53,002 nt of DNA, from positions 1-53,002 of IMG/VR virus record IMGVR_UViG_3300044453_000120. One strand, written 5' to 3'. The DNA is from a virus (taxonomy: Duplodnaviria; Caudoviricetes). Of the stretch, positions 1-8,360 are shown piece by piece; position 1 is the stretch's first letter, and every line of letters begins with the position of its first letter. The notes beneath the pieces are model-generated. The model saw only the letters and a list, made by a program, of their open reading frames with translations, searched no databases and was not told where the DNA came from. Made by a program: the position numbers and the translations under genes.

Positions 1-127
1 AGCGTCAAGAGTCCGCCATTCAAGGAATGCTTTGTCGGCACTGTATGCAATGCCGGAATTTTGCCAGCCTTCTTTTGGGACTGAATGTTGCAACCCAGTA
101 AACGCCCGGATAACTTCAGAAAAGTCT
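1..127. repeat. 127-bp terminal direct repeat (copy 1); circular assembly overlap
   Basis: Identical to 52876-53002. A methyltransferase ORF reads in frame across the junction. Confidence 0.97.
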
Positions 128-528
128 CGGCCTTCATTTGAGTTAAACGCACCGACAACGTTTTCCCACAAAGCAAACCTTGCGCCGCTGTGCTTGTTAC
201 ACCACTCGATAATTTGCATTGCTTTGTAGAACAATCCTGATCTTGTTTTGCCATTTTTAAAACCCTCACGTTTACCTAATGCGCTTAAATCCTGACACGG
301 ACTACCAAAAACAATTAAATCAATAGGACCTAATTGTTTAATATCCTCTTCAGTGATCTTGGTAATGTCACCTAAATTCGGAATATTTGGGTAATGATGC
401 GCTAGCACTGCGCAAGGGAATGGTTCAACTTCAGAGAATGCAACCGCCTGCCAGCCCAAAGGTTGCCAAGCCACGGTTGCGGCTTCAATGCCACTGAATA
501 AACTAAGATAGCGTATCGCCACGTTCAT
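1..528 (-). CDS. dcm: DNA (cytosine-5) methyltransferase, N-terminal part (continues at 52875-52387 across the circular junction; about 338 aa total)
   Basis: Manual translation from ATG 528 (GAGG RBS): YLSLFSGIEA (motif I), GDIT, FGSPCQD (catalytic PC), WENV (motif VI). In frame with ORF 52387..52968. Confidence 0.92.
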   Translation of the reverse strand, partial: MNVAIRYLSLFSGIEAATVAWQPLGWQAVAFSEVEPFPCAVLAHHYPNIPNLGDITKITEEDIKQLGPIDLIVFGSPCQDLSALGKREGFKNGKTRSGLFYKAMQIIEWCNKHSGARFALWENVVGAFNSNEGRDFSEVIRAFTGLQHSVPKEGWQNSGIAYSADKAFLEWRTLDA

Positions 529-690
529 CACCTCTTTTAAATTGGTGACGCTCGCGGCGTTCTGCTTTAACTACGTACTTACAACGTGGACATTTTATTT
601 CAGTTCGTCCAATTAGTTTGCAAAGTAACTTATTACATTCTGGGCATCTAACTTCTTTCATACCTTCCTTAACTACACAATAAGGATCAA

Positions 691-1164
691 TTAACCACCA
701 AATCTCGCCTTTATCATTTTTTCAATCAACGGGGCTACATTTTTAAACGTCCGCTCCCCGAATAAAAATATAAGCACTAATAAGTTTATCACCCACAATG
801 CCGATTCTTGTGTTTGCGTGAGCGCTCCCCACTTACCACTAAACCACATCGCATCCATATACATTGTTGCAAAACCCCATGCGGGGCGCTGCACTCCACG
901 TAAAAACAAAATGAATGCACCTAAAAAAGGAATAGACTTGAGGTCTTTGGCTGTGCCTTCCATCTCTGCAATGCGGCGATTAAACTCTGCGGTTTGCTCG
1001 ACTGCCGCCTTTAATAGCAATCTTTCTTGCTCATTTGCGGTGCGTTCAATATTAATCTGTAGCTTTGCCTTTTCAGTGTCAGACATAGACGGCGGGAAAT
1101 ACTCTGAAACTTTATCAACCAACTTTTCAGCCAAACCACCTGACAGAACATTAATTAAACTCAT
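691..1164 (-). CDS. Putative holin / lysis membrane protein
   Basis: Hydrophobic C-terminal segments ending LFGERTFKN; overlaps the stop of the endolysin-like gene. Confidence 0.6.
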   Translation of the reverse strand: MSLINVLSGGLAEKLVDKVSEYFPPSMSDTEKAKLQINIERTANEQERLLLKAAVEQTAEFNRRIAEMEGTAKDLKSIPFLGAFILFLRGVQRPAWGFATMYMDAMWFSGKWGALTQTQESALWVINLLVLIFLFGERTFKNVAPLIEKMIKARFGG

Positions 1165-1577
1165 GCTCTTGTTATCTCCAAGTCGTGTTCTTCTTCACCA
1201 AGCAACTCGATCAAATCATTAAAAGCTTGGGTGCTATTCATCACTGACCACTGGCCACTCGTCACACCAAAATTTATACCTGGTGCAACACAACCGGCTA
1301 ACTGGTCAGGTCGGTTCGCAATATGAAGCAAACAATGTGTACGCAATGACGGGCCGTTAACTGTCACCCCCAACGACGGGGCAACCAGCGCAAAACATTT
1401 GTCATATTTCGGTGAGTTATGCGGCACAAGCTTATAGCGCCCCTCGGGCACACAACTTACAAATGGCAGGTTGTTATTCCATTCGCGCTCAACGGTCACG
1501 CAAATCAACTTATCAAACATAAATAAATCACCGAACGTGCCATGGTCAAAGTATCGGCGCTTAATAGTTAGTTGCAT
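1161..1577 (-). CDS. DUF5675-like putative endolysin (L,D-transpeptidase-like)
   Basis: Motifs GTFG..VTVE..W..N....SCVPEGRY and LLHIANRPDQLAGC (H..N.....GC); located in the lysis cassette. Confidence 0.75.
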   Translation of the reverse strand: MQLTIKRRYFDHGTFGDLFMFDKLICVTVEREWNNNLPFVSCVPEGRYKLVPHNSPKYDKCFALVAPSLGVTVNGPSLRTHCLLHIANRPDQLAGCVAPGINFGVTSGQWSVMNSTQAFNDLIELLGEEEHDLEITRA

Positions 1578-2004
1578 TATATTCTCCAGTAAAAAGCTGG
1601 GCGGCGTATACTTCTGCGCGCCACTGCGGCCAATGGTTTAACACGCAGCGCGCTGCAACTTCAAAATCAAAATTGCATAACGCCCGCGTCAAATACACGG
1701 AGTCGTTAAAAACATCACGGCCCAACCAATATGCAATTGCTATCACCGCTTGCTGACGCTCGTAGCTAAATTTTTCAATCGGAATTTTGGCGTGAAGCTG
1801 TTCAAACAAATACATCAAATCTGCGGCCAACTGCTGCTCTGCCTCTTCTTCGCTAAGCGGGTTTAAGCTCAAATCACGCTGTAATTCTTTTAAAGTGGGG
1901 TATTCGTCAGGGCGATGACCAAAGCCAAATAACGCAAAATCAGTCAAGCATTCAGTCGCTATAAACTGCTCATGACGTTTTATCATTGCGATCAAATTCA
2001 TCAT
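1561..2004 (-). CDS. Phage lysozyme-like (GH24/T4-type) protein, possibly degenerate
   Basis: IKRHE..FGFGH, AEQQLAADL, RQQAVIAIAYWLG, RAEVYAAQLFTGEY resemble phage lysozymes. Confidence 0.6.
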   Translation of the reverse strand: MMNLIAMIKRHEQFIATECLTDFALFGFGHRPDEYPTLKELQRDLSLNPLSEEEAEQQLAADLMYLFEQLHAKIPIEKFSYERQQAVIAIAYWLGRDVFNDSVYLTRALCNFDFEVAARCVLNHWPQWRAEVYAAQLFTGEYNATNY

Positions 2005-2019
2005 GACGGGCTCGTAAAT

Positions 2020-2048
2020 AAAAAAAGGCCCTTAAAACGCTAAGGGCC
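2020..2048 (-). terminator. Intrinsic terminator upstream of lysis genes (tR'-like)
   Basis: Stem GGCCCTTA/TAAGGGCC followed by a T-run on the minus strand. Confidence 0.75.
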
Positions 2049-2107
2049 TCTAATGCAAGTTGGGAAAGTAAACTGCAAGTGGACGTAACAAACCCACCAT
2101 ACGCAAA

Positions 2108-2136
2108 ACAATAGAGCAAGCCGCCAATAATTTCAA
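2108..2136 (-). promoter_or_regulatory. Putative late promoter (pR'-like)
   Basis: TTGAAA-N17-TATTGT on the minus strand, about 60 bp before the terminator. Confidence 0.6.
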
Positions 2137-2176
2137 CACAAAAAGTGATTTTATTTAATTTTATCTCTTTTTGTGA

Positions 2177-2518
2177 TTATTTTGACGATAAAAAATCATT
2201 AATACCCAGCGGATCACGGTAAAAAACACACCGCAAAATACGCTGATACCATGCCAATTCACGCCAACGCAATGCAGCCTTTTTAATCTGCCTTGTAGTG
2301 CACAACTCACCAATCACAACATTCACCGTCGCCATTTGTGTATGCCCTTGGCTTTGAACAAACGCATCAAAGTGCCGCTTTTTAATGTTTACACACTGGC
2401 CCGCGTTAACAACAACATAATCTCCCCGAACACTTTTAAGTATATAGCCCACATGCTGCTCACCTTTGTTAATGCGCTCAACAAACAAGGCGCTAGGGTC
2501 ACTTGACACAGCATTCAT
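2177..2518 (-). CDS. Hypothetical protein
   Basis: ORF coupled to the upstream gene in the leftward operon. Confidence 0.6.
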   Translation of the reverse strand: MNAVSSDPSALFVERINKGEQHVGYILKSVRGDYVVVNAGQCVNIKKRHFDAFVQSQGHTQMATVNVVIGELCTTRQIKKAALRWRELAWYQRILRCVFYRDPLGINDFLSSK

Positions 2519-2772
2519 ACAACCCCCCTATTTCGGGCCCAGTCGTCCTCTTTTATTATTTCAACCTCAGCGGCAACCACTTCTAAAGCATTTAGCGCTC
2601 GCGTTAAATTACCTGGTGGTACTTGATTTAAACGCGCGGCGATTGTTTTTGCGTTACCTTTCACCAAATAATCTTCCAATGCTCCGATAATCTTGTCACT
2701 TGTTATATCACTCAACCTTATCAACGCCGCGAGCCGAACTGCGCTTTGCTGACCCTTGTGTAACAATTTCAT
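2515..2772 (-). CDS. PapB/FocB-family transcription regulator
   Basis: LIRLSDITSDKIIGALEDYLVKG..AARLNQVPPGNLTRAL matches the PapB/FocB pattern. Start placed at MKLLHKG (GGAGG RBS). Confidence 0.7.
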   Translation of the reverse strand: MKLLHKGQQSAVRLAALIRLSDITSDKIIGALEDYLVKGNAKTIAARLNQVPPGNLTRALNALEVVAAEVEIIKEDDWARNRGVV

Positions 2773-2861
2773 TTTTATCACCCTCCCGATAATTACTAAT
2801 CGAATACCAGATATGTGCGCGGCGCAAAACACCCTTTTTCAATTTTAAAGCCTCCACTTGT

Positions 2862-3161
2862 TTATATGGGCCAATCTTCCTCGCCAATTAATAGCTTATC
2901 CTCAATCGGCACCAACGACTGAACATGCTTCAAGTCAGTGAGACTTACTAGCTTTTTAAACGAATTAATTGAAAGTGCTTCACAGCAACCATGATCAAAT
3001 TCAAACTCTTCAATGCTCAGCCCCCTCGTACTACCAAATGCTTGTTCTTCAATCAGGCAACATAATTGAACCTTTGACTCAGTGGCATTTAAGACCTTAA
3101 TAACAGGACCCGCACAGCGAACCCCATCGCGTGTTGAAACGTATACACCTAACTTATACAT
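2862..3161 (-). CDS. Hypothetical protein
   Basis: 99-aa ORF with RBS in operon. Confidence 0.6.
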   Translation of the reverse strand: MYKLGVYVSTRDGVRCAGPVIKVLNATESKVQLCCLIEEQAFGSTRGLSIEEFEFDHGCCEALSINSFKKLVSLTDLKHVQSLVPIEDKLLIGEEDWPI

Positions 3162-3181
3162 AACCTTTCTATTTCAGATAT

Positions 3182-3496
3182 TTAAACTTTGCTATTTAGC
3201 CTGCGAACTTGAGCTTGGAGATTGCTTTTTACTCGCTTAAGCTCTCCAACTTTCTCTTCCAACTGCTTAACTTCATCCTCAACGCTTTTTAAACGCCAAA
3301 CTATTCGCTGCTGGCCATTCGCGAAATCAAACAGATAATCAAACGCCTCGATTACTTTCCCGCAATTTTTACACTCAATTTTCCTGCGGTGTTCATCTAG
3401 TGTGATTGCTGTATGAGAGCAGCCACGGCTATAAGACTTTACGGGAGTCATGACCGTTTCTTTTGCTTTAGCTGTAAAATCTATAACGTCGCTCAT
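3182..3496 (-). CDS. Zn-ribbon plus coiled-coil hypothetical protein
   Basis: CSH...CKNC followed by a heptad coiled coil. Confidence 0.65.
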   Translation of the reverse strand: MSDVIDFTAKAKETVMTPVKSYSRGCSHTAITLDEHRRKIECKNCGKVIEAFDYLFDFANGQQRIVWRLKSVEDEVKQLEEKVGELKRVKSNLQAQVRRLNSKV

Positions 3497-3511
3497 TCTC
3501 GTATTCCAATG

Positions 3512-3757
3512 CTATTTGTTGAAAATAGGGTGGAGTTGACCAACGACTTCAAGCACTTCATTGATTTTATTAAATTGCACTTCAACAAGGTCGCTTATAT
3601 TGCGTTCATCTCCAAATGTATTTAGCCTGACAAAATATTTATGAGAATAATGTGCAACGGCCATGTTCATGCCAGCATTGAAAGTTGTACTACCCTGAAC
3701 AATGTCTTTTTTGAGCCTTACAATTGTGCCAAATTTCATAATGACCTCAGATTTCAA
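3512..3757 (-). CDS. Hypothetical protein
   Basis: ORF in operon. Confidence 0.55.
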   Translation of the reverse strand: MKSEVIMKFGTIVRLKKDIVQGSTTFNAGMNMAVAHYSHKYFVRLNTFGDERNISDLVEVQFNKINEVLEVVGQLHPIFNK

Positions 3758-3760
3758 ATA

Positions 3761-4216
3761 TTAACTTTTAGGTTCAAATATCGTTACTTGCTGGCTAGCC
3801 TTTTCCTGTGCGAATATTTGAATAGAGCTACCATCTGTAAAATGAATTTGAATAGAGCCAATCAATTCATGATATTGAATAAGCCTTACTGTTTTACCTT
3901 GTTGACGCGTTAGCGCATTTAGTTCGCTATTTGGTTCGCATTGCATCGTCAATCTTCCCCTATCTTGCACTCGGGTGTAATACTCAAGTTCGACAAATTT
4001 AGCCTGTGCAGACCTTAAACAAAGCTCAAGCGCCTCTATTCTGGCCTTGGCCGCTGCTGCAAGGTCTGTGATATAAACGGTACAACTGCAATCATTACCT
4101 TGTTGGCCTTCACCATACACCTCAATTTCACCCGTTTTTATTTGCCCTTCATCTGCTTCTGCTAACTCACCTAAAAACCACGTTAAATTTTTATCGTTAT
4201 GCTGCATTTTCATCAC
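3761..4216 (-). CDS. Hypothetical protein
   Basis: 151-aa ORF in operon. Confidence 0.6.
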   Translation of the reverse strand: MMKMQHNDKNLTWFLGELAEADEGQIKTGEIEVYGEGQQGNDCSCTVYITDLAAAAKARIEALELCLRSAQAKFVELEYYTRVQDRGRLTMQCEPNSELNALTRQQGKTVRLIQYHELIGSIQIHFTDGSSIQIFAQEKASQQVTIFEPKS

Positions 4217-4400
4217 CTTTTTTAGTTAATCCATGACGCCAGCGCTGAGCCATGGCCAAGCCATTAATACGATCACCCGAACAGACGTAACACCCCAGCG
4301 TAAACATACCCAGCATTAAAAAAACCAGTGCGCCAAGGGTTACAAACAAACTAAAACCACTCGTAAATACCATAAAAATATTTTCCTCTATGTAAAACAT
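4197..4400 (-). CDS. Small membrane protein
   Basis: One long hydrophobic stretch. Confidence 0.55.
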   Translation of the reverse strand: MFYIEENIFMVFTSGFSLFVTLGALVFLMLGMFTLGCYVCSGDRINGLAMAQRWRHGLTKKGDENAA

Positions 4401-4433
4401 TTAAAAACTGTGCAAAGCCATATATAGCGCTGC

Positions 4434-5657
4434 TTAAGCACCACACGAAAAATCATACAATCTCGGCTGGGTCTCATTCTCAAACACCAATTTCTGCGCT
4501 TGCAAATGGTCCGCCCAAAGCTGCCAAGCGGCCCGCCTACGTTCAGCGCCCACGTTAAGCCCAAGCGACTCAACATAGGTTTTTTGGACTGGGGTTAATT
4601 CATGGTTTAACATCAACTCAGCAACCATCGAGTCAATGCCCAGCTCTAGCCAGCGAACGCGGCAAAGCTTGCGAAAGTCATGCGATGTATAAGCGCCTTT
4701 GCTTATTTCATGAACCAACTCATTGGCAGTGTTCTGATCTATAAAAGTACGGCTTTTAGAACTCGGAAACATTAAGTCCCCTCTGTAACCACTTTTAACC
4801 TGATTTTGATGGGCTTGGATCAGCAAATTAAAGGCGTAGTCACTGAGATAAATAACGTGTTGTTTGGTTTTTGTAACGTCCGCTGGGAGCGTCAAAGTTT
4901 TATGGTTAGGGTCTATAAATGACCATTGTGACTTTCGAGTCTCACCAATGCGGGTGCCGTGAAGTAACATTAATTGACACAGTAAAGAAGCCGACCCCAA
5001 CACATGGCTGGCTATTAGAGGTTCATCTATTTTTTTTATTTTTGAAGGCTTAGGGAGAATTAGCGCGTCAATAATGTCTCTGAACTTAATGCCTGCAAGC
5101 GGATCATGATTTAACTTACCCGATTTTACTGCTTGAGACAGAGCCCGTTTTAACAGTTGGAAAATCTGGCGAACCGTGCTCGGTTTATATTTTTTTTGTA
5201 ATGGCCAAAGCAAAACGCTTTCTAATACCGACTTTTTAAACTGAATTAAGGGGATATCTTTCAATACTGGGATCAAGTGTTTACTAAGTAGTGATTTCAC
5301 CGAGCGCTTTCTATCATCTGACAACGACGCATCATTTTGACTACGCTCAAGATACCATTTTAAAAGCTGGCCAAGGGTTTCAAAATTGTCGGTCACAATT
5401 GGGGCATCAACAGCAAAACGCAATAACAAAGCAGGTACATCTTTTAACACCATCGCGCTAGGCACAGCGGGCCAATGTGCCAGCTTATGCCACTCTTTAC
5501 CCTGCACCAAGCCTCGTAAATACCAAGTACCACTCTCGCGCTTTTTATGAAAGCGCAAATAAAGCGGGTAGCGAGTATCTTTAAGCCTCGTTATCTCGTT
5601 GTTATTGAGCTGCGCCTTGATCACCGCGTCAGATATTTTTACTTGTTTTGTCGCCAC
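4434..5657 (-). CDS. Tyrosine recombinase / integrase family protein
   Basis: Arm-type N-terminus; catalytic motifs GTRIGE (R), KTK, HDFR (HxxR), LNH and KTY (Y). Confidence 0.88.
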   Translation of the reverse strand: MATKQVKISDAVIKAQLNNNEITRLKDTRYPLYLRFHKKRESGTWYLRGLVQGKEWHKLAHWPAVPSAMVLKDVPALLLRFAVDAPIVTDNFETLGQLLKWYLERSQNDASLSDDRKRSVKSLLSKHLIPVLKDIPLIQFKKSVLESVLLWPLQKKYKPSTVRQIFQLLKRALSQAVKSGKLNHDPLAGIKFRDIIDALILPKPSKIKKIDEPLIASHVLGSASLLCQLMLLHGTRIGETRKSQWSFIDPNHKTLTLPADVTKTKQHVIYLSDYAFNLLIQAHQNQVKSGYRGDLMFPSSKSRTFIDQNTANELVHEISKGAYTSHDFRKLCRVRWLELGIDSMVAELMLNHELTPVQKTYVESLGLNVGAERRRAAWQLWADHLQAQKLVFENETQPRLYDFSCGA

Positions 5658-5691
5658 TTAATCACCGCTTCTTAACAAAATCTGTGGATAA

Positions 5692-5838
5692 CTACTCTTT
5701 AAAATAATCAGGATGCGTCATATCAAACTGATCAACCGCGCTTTTTAAATCGCGTTCAGCCTCCCTTTTTCGCCTCAGCGTGGTATAGTGGAGGCTCATT
5801 CTTTTGGGCTTTTTACCCTCAGTATTTTTCTTATTCAT
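5692..5838 (-). CDS. Small basic protein (48 aa, not in ORF track)
   Basis: MNKKNTEGKKPKRMSLHYTTLRRKREAERDLKSAVDQFDMTHPDYFKE; ATGA overlap with the upstream stop. Confidence 0.5.
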   Translation of the reverse strand: MNKKNTEGKKPKRMSLHYTTLRRKREAERDLKSAVDQFDMTHPDYFKE

Positions 5839-6215
5839 AAAAATCCTCGTCCTTGCAAATGCTGTTTTAGCTGCCCTTTTAAGCCACTGAGCTTTCTCTC
5901 ATATGTGCGCAAGCTGATCCCCATTCTCAGGGCCCGCGTTGACTGACTCGCATCAAGCGGCAGCGCACCTAAACGCTTGACCCCGTACTCAACCCGCAGT
6001 ATCTCAACGGCCTGTTGTTCTTTGTCCACTTTCGAAAGCAAAAAGGCTTCAATTTCTGACTCACAGCACTGAATAAGCGGCTGTGCGGCTCCCCCTGTTC
6101 CTTCAAACGCTTTGCCATCCATGATTTTTTGCATAATAGATGTTGCTTGCAATTGTTCTCCACCGACGACCCAGCGCGCCCATAGCTCTAATTGCTCGTT
6201 TAAAGAACCTGGCAT
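5835..6215 (-). CDS. Antiterminator Q-like protein
   Basis: LELWARWV N-terminus and C-terminal HTH (ALRMGISLRTYERKL); lies in the cro operon upstream of a promoter-terminator pair. Confidence 0.65.
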   Translation of the reverse strand: MPGSLNEQLELWARWVVGGEQLQATSIMQKIMDGKAFEGTGGAAQPLIQCCESEIEAFLLSKVDKEQQAVEILRVEYGVKRLGALPLDASQSTRALRMGISLRTYERKLSGLKGQLKQHLQGRGFL

Positions 6216-6218
6216 AAT

Positions 6219-6623
6219 TCATTCACTCTCTTTATTTTTTCGATGCTTTAATACACATTCGGTGAGTATTTCAGGGGCTAAAATGACGCCGTGGTTAGGC
6301 CGCTCAGATAATGCAGATACCATCAAATCGTGATGCATAATGACTAAGTTTTTATACAAAGATGAAAGTGCGCCGTATTCATGACACACCACGGCCCCTT
6401 TTTCTCGTAATTTAATCAGCTCCGCGGACGATTGCGGATTAGTTATAAAATGTATTTGCCACTCGCTACCTGCAGGACTCAATAAGTCAATATGCGTTCT
6501 GCGGGTTTGTTCAAATTTACATGATGACAAGCACAGGTGAGACACACTCCCCTGGTGCTCTTGTCTGATCGCTTTGAGTATTTTTGATGCAGCAGTTAGC
6601 TTTCCAATGAATACAATGATCAC
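6219..6623 (-). CDS. Hypothetical protein
   Basis: Coupled to the cro-like gene. Confidence 0.6.
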   Translation of the reverse strand: MIIVFIGKLTAASKILKAIRQEHQGSVSHLCLSSCKFEQTRRTHIDLLSPAGSEWQIHFITNPQSSAELIKLREKGAVVCHEYGALSSLYKNLVIMHHDLMVSALSERPNHGVILAPEILTECVLKHRKNKESE

Positions 6624-6871
6624 GCTTTACCCCCTTCAAGCTCCGCCAATTTTTTACGAATTTCACGTTGTTTATTAAACGCCTCGATCCACTTCGTTAC
6701 ACAAATTTGCCCCTTGCTATCACGCACAATGCGCGCAAGCCGATCAGGTCTTGGAAAGCGCACTAATTGTACGTATTTGTTATAACTACTCTGATCCAGC
6801 CCAAAATAAGCTGCGCCCTCTTTAGCATTACGAAATTGCGCTTTGCAATACTCTGCAAATGTATTTTTCAT
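6620..6871 (-). CDS. Cro-like HTH regulator
   Basis: AKEGAAYFGLDQSSYNKYV HTH; divergent from the CI-like gene. Confidence 0.65.
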   Translation of the reverse strand: MKNTFAEYCKAQFRNAKEGAAYFGLDQSSYNKYVQLVRFPRPDRLARIVRDSKGQICVTKWIEAFNKQREIRKKLAELEGGKA

Positions 6872-6883
6872 TACCAGTAACCT

Positions 6884-6940
6884 TGTGATTTTTTATCACA
6901 ATATCACTTAAAGTGATAAAAAAGAATCACATTTGGCGAT
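6884..6940. promoter_or_regulatory. cI/cro operator region (ATCAC-N5-GTGAT sites)
   Basis: ATCACttaaaGTGAT at 6903-6917, ATCACatttgGCGAT at 6926-6940, TGTGAT-N5-ATCACA at 6884-6900. Confidence 0.65.
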
Positions 6941-7015
6941 AAAAATTAGATTTATTCTATTATTTGGCACATTTTGTGTTAATCTAATTAAAGGAAAGTA
7001 CGCTGGAACAGAGAC

Positions 7016-7636
7016 ATGACACAGGCTAAAGAGAGCCCCAAAATATCGCGCGCAACAATTTTAGGTCAGCGCATCAATGAGCATCGTAAAGCACTTGGCC
7101 TAAAACAAGGTGAATTCGCCAAGCTCATCGGCTTGAAACAAAATAGCGTCAGCATGATCGAGCAAGCCGAGCGTACGCCAGCGATTGATAAAATTCAGCT
7201 TATTGCCGAAACATTAAACGTGCCTTTTGAATGGCTTGTGGGTGTAACACACGAAATAAACGGCGACACACTTCATCACGCACTAAATACGAATAGCGAA
7301 TTAGCCATTAATCGCGAACTATTAGAAAAAAACGGCAGTAAAACAAATCAACTTATTGAGCACAAAGTGAAAGATGCCGCAATGTCTCCACACATTCCAC
7401 AAAATAGCACCGCGGTTATTGATATGCAGAAAAAACAGATCAACACCGAATCTGTATACTTAATAGAAAAAGACGAGCAAGCAACGCTTCGCCGCGTTCG
7501 CAAAGAATTTGATAATACATACACGCTTATCGCTACAAACACAGAGTACAGAGACCTTGCACTCACTGAGCAAGAATTTAAAAATATTAAGGTGATCGGC
7601 AAGTTAGTCGGCCATTTCACATGGGCGGAAAATTAA
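7016..7636 (+). CDS. cI: CI-like repressor (XRE HTH plus S24-like C-terminal domain lacking the catalytic dyad)
   Basis: HTH RKALGLKQGEFAKLIGLKQNSVSMIE. C-domain has VKDAAMSPHI and ATLRRV where GDSM and TLKR are expected. Confidence 0.85.
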   Translation: MTQAKESPKISRATILGQRINEHRKALGLKQGEFAKLIGLKQNSVSMIEQAERTPAIDKIQLIAETLNVPFEWLVGVTHEINGDTLHHALNTNSELAINRELLEKNGSKTNQLIEHKVKDAAMSPHIPQNSTAVIDMQKKQINTESVYLIEKDEQATLRRVRKEFDNTYTLIATNTEYRDLALTEQEFKNIKVIGKLVGHFTWAEN

Positions 7637-7711
7637 GCATTAGTGTGCTTTTTTTTCGCCCCAAAGTATCACAAAATGAGATTTATTAACTGTATATCAC
7701 AGGATTTAACT

Positions 7712-8359
7712 ATGGCAGAACCCAGCAATCACAAAAGCACTACTGATAAAGCATACCGTGACTTAACACAAACTCCACCGTGGCTTTTTGCCGCGTTTAA
7801 CTCGCTTTATAATTACGACATTGACCTTGCAGCACTGCCCCAAAGCGCACATTGCAGTCGCTACTACACCCCAAAAATAAACGCGCTGAAACAAAGTTGG
7901 CGCAACGACTTAGCACATATACAAAAGCCCACAGGTTGGTTAAATCCGCCCTTTAGCGACATTTTGCCATGGCAACAAAAATGCTTAGAAGAACAAGAAA
8001 AAGGCTTTACAACCACTCTATTTGTCCCCCGTGAAAACCGCGCTCAGTGGTGGGTCGCGGGCCTTGGTGTCAAAGTGATCGACATTGTGGGCTACTTCAT
8101 CGACAAAGTGTATGCGGCGGGGCCAAAAAAAGGCACTGCATACAAAAAATGGTGCAGCGGCGGTATCAAGTTCGTTGATGCAAAAACAGGCAAAGAAAAC
8201 GACTACGAACTCAATAAACCCATGTGCTTAATCGAGTTTAGCCCCAGCATGTTAGGCCAGCCAACGCAATATACGCATATTCGCAAAGACCACCTTTTTG
8301 CGCGTGGCCAAGCCGCGCTTCAAACAGTATTAAACAAACAATTACAACAGGCACAATAA
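7712..8359 (+). CDS. Phage N6-adenine DNA methyltransferase (Dam-type)
   Basis: QTPPWLF, DIDLAA, NALKQSW, WLNPPFS (NPPF). Start placed at MAEPS after an AGGA RBS. Confidence 0.85.
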   Translation: MAEPSNHKSTTDKAYRDLTQTPPWLFAAFNSLYNYDIDLAALPQSAHCSRYYTPKINALKQSWRNDLAHIQKPTGWLNPPFSDILPWQQKCLEEQEKGFTTTLFVPRENRAQWWVAGLGVKVIDIVGYFIDKVYAAGPKKGTAYKKWCSGGIKFVDAKTGKENDYELNKPMCLIEFSPSMLGQPTQYTHIRKDHLFARGQAALQTVLNKQLQQAQ

Positions 8360-8360
8360 A

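Noticed and set aside
6884-6900. CRP site
   Set aside because: Spacing is TGTGA-N7-TCACA, not N6; better explained as phage operator half-sites.
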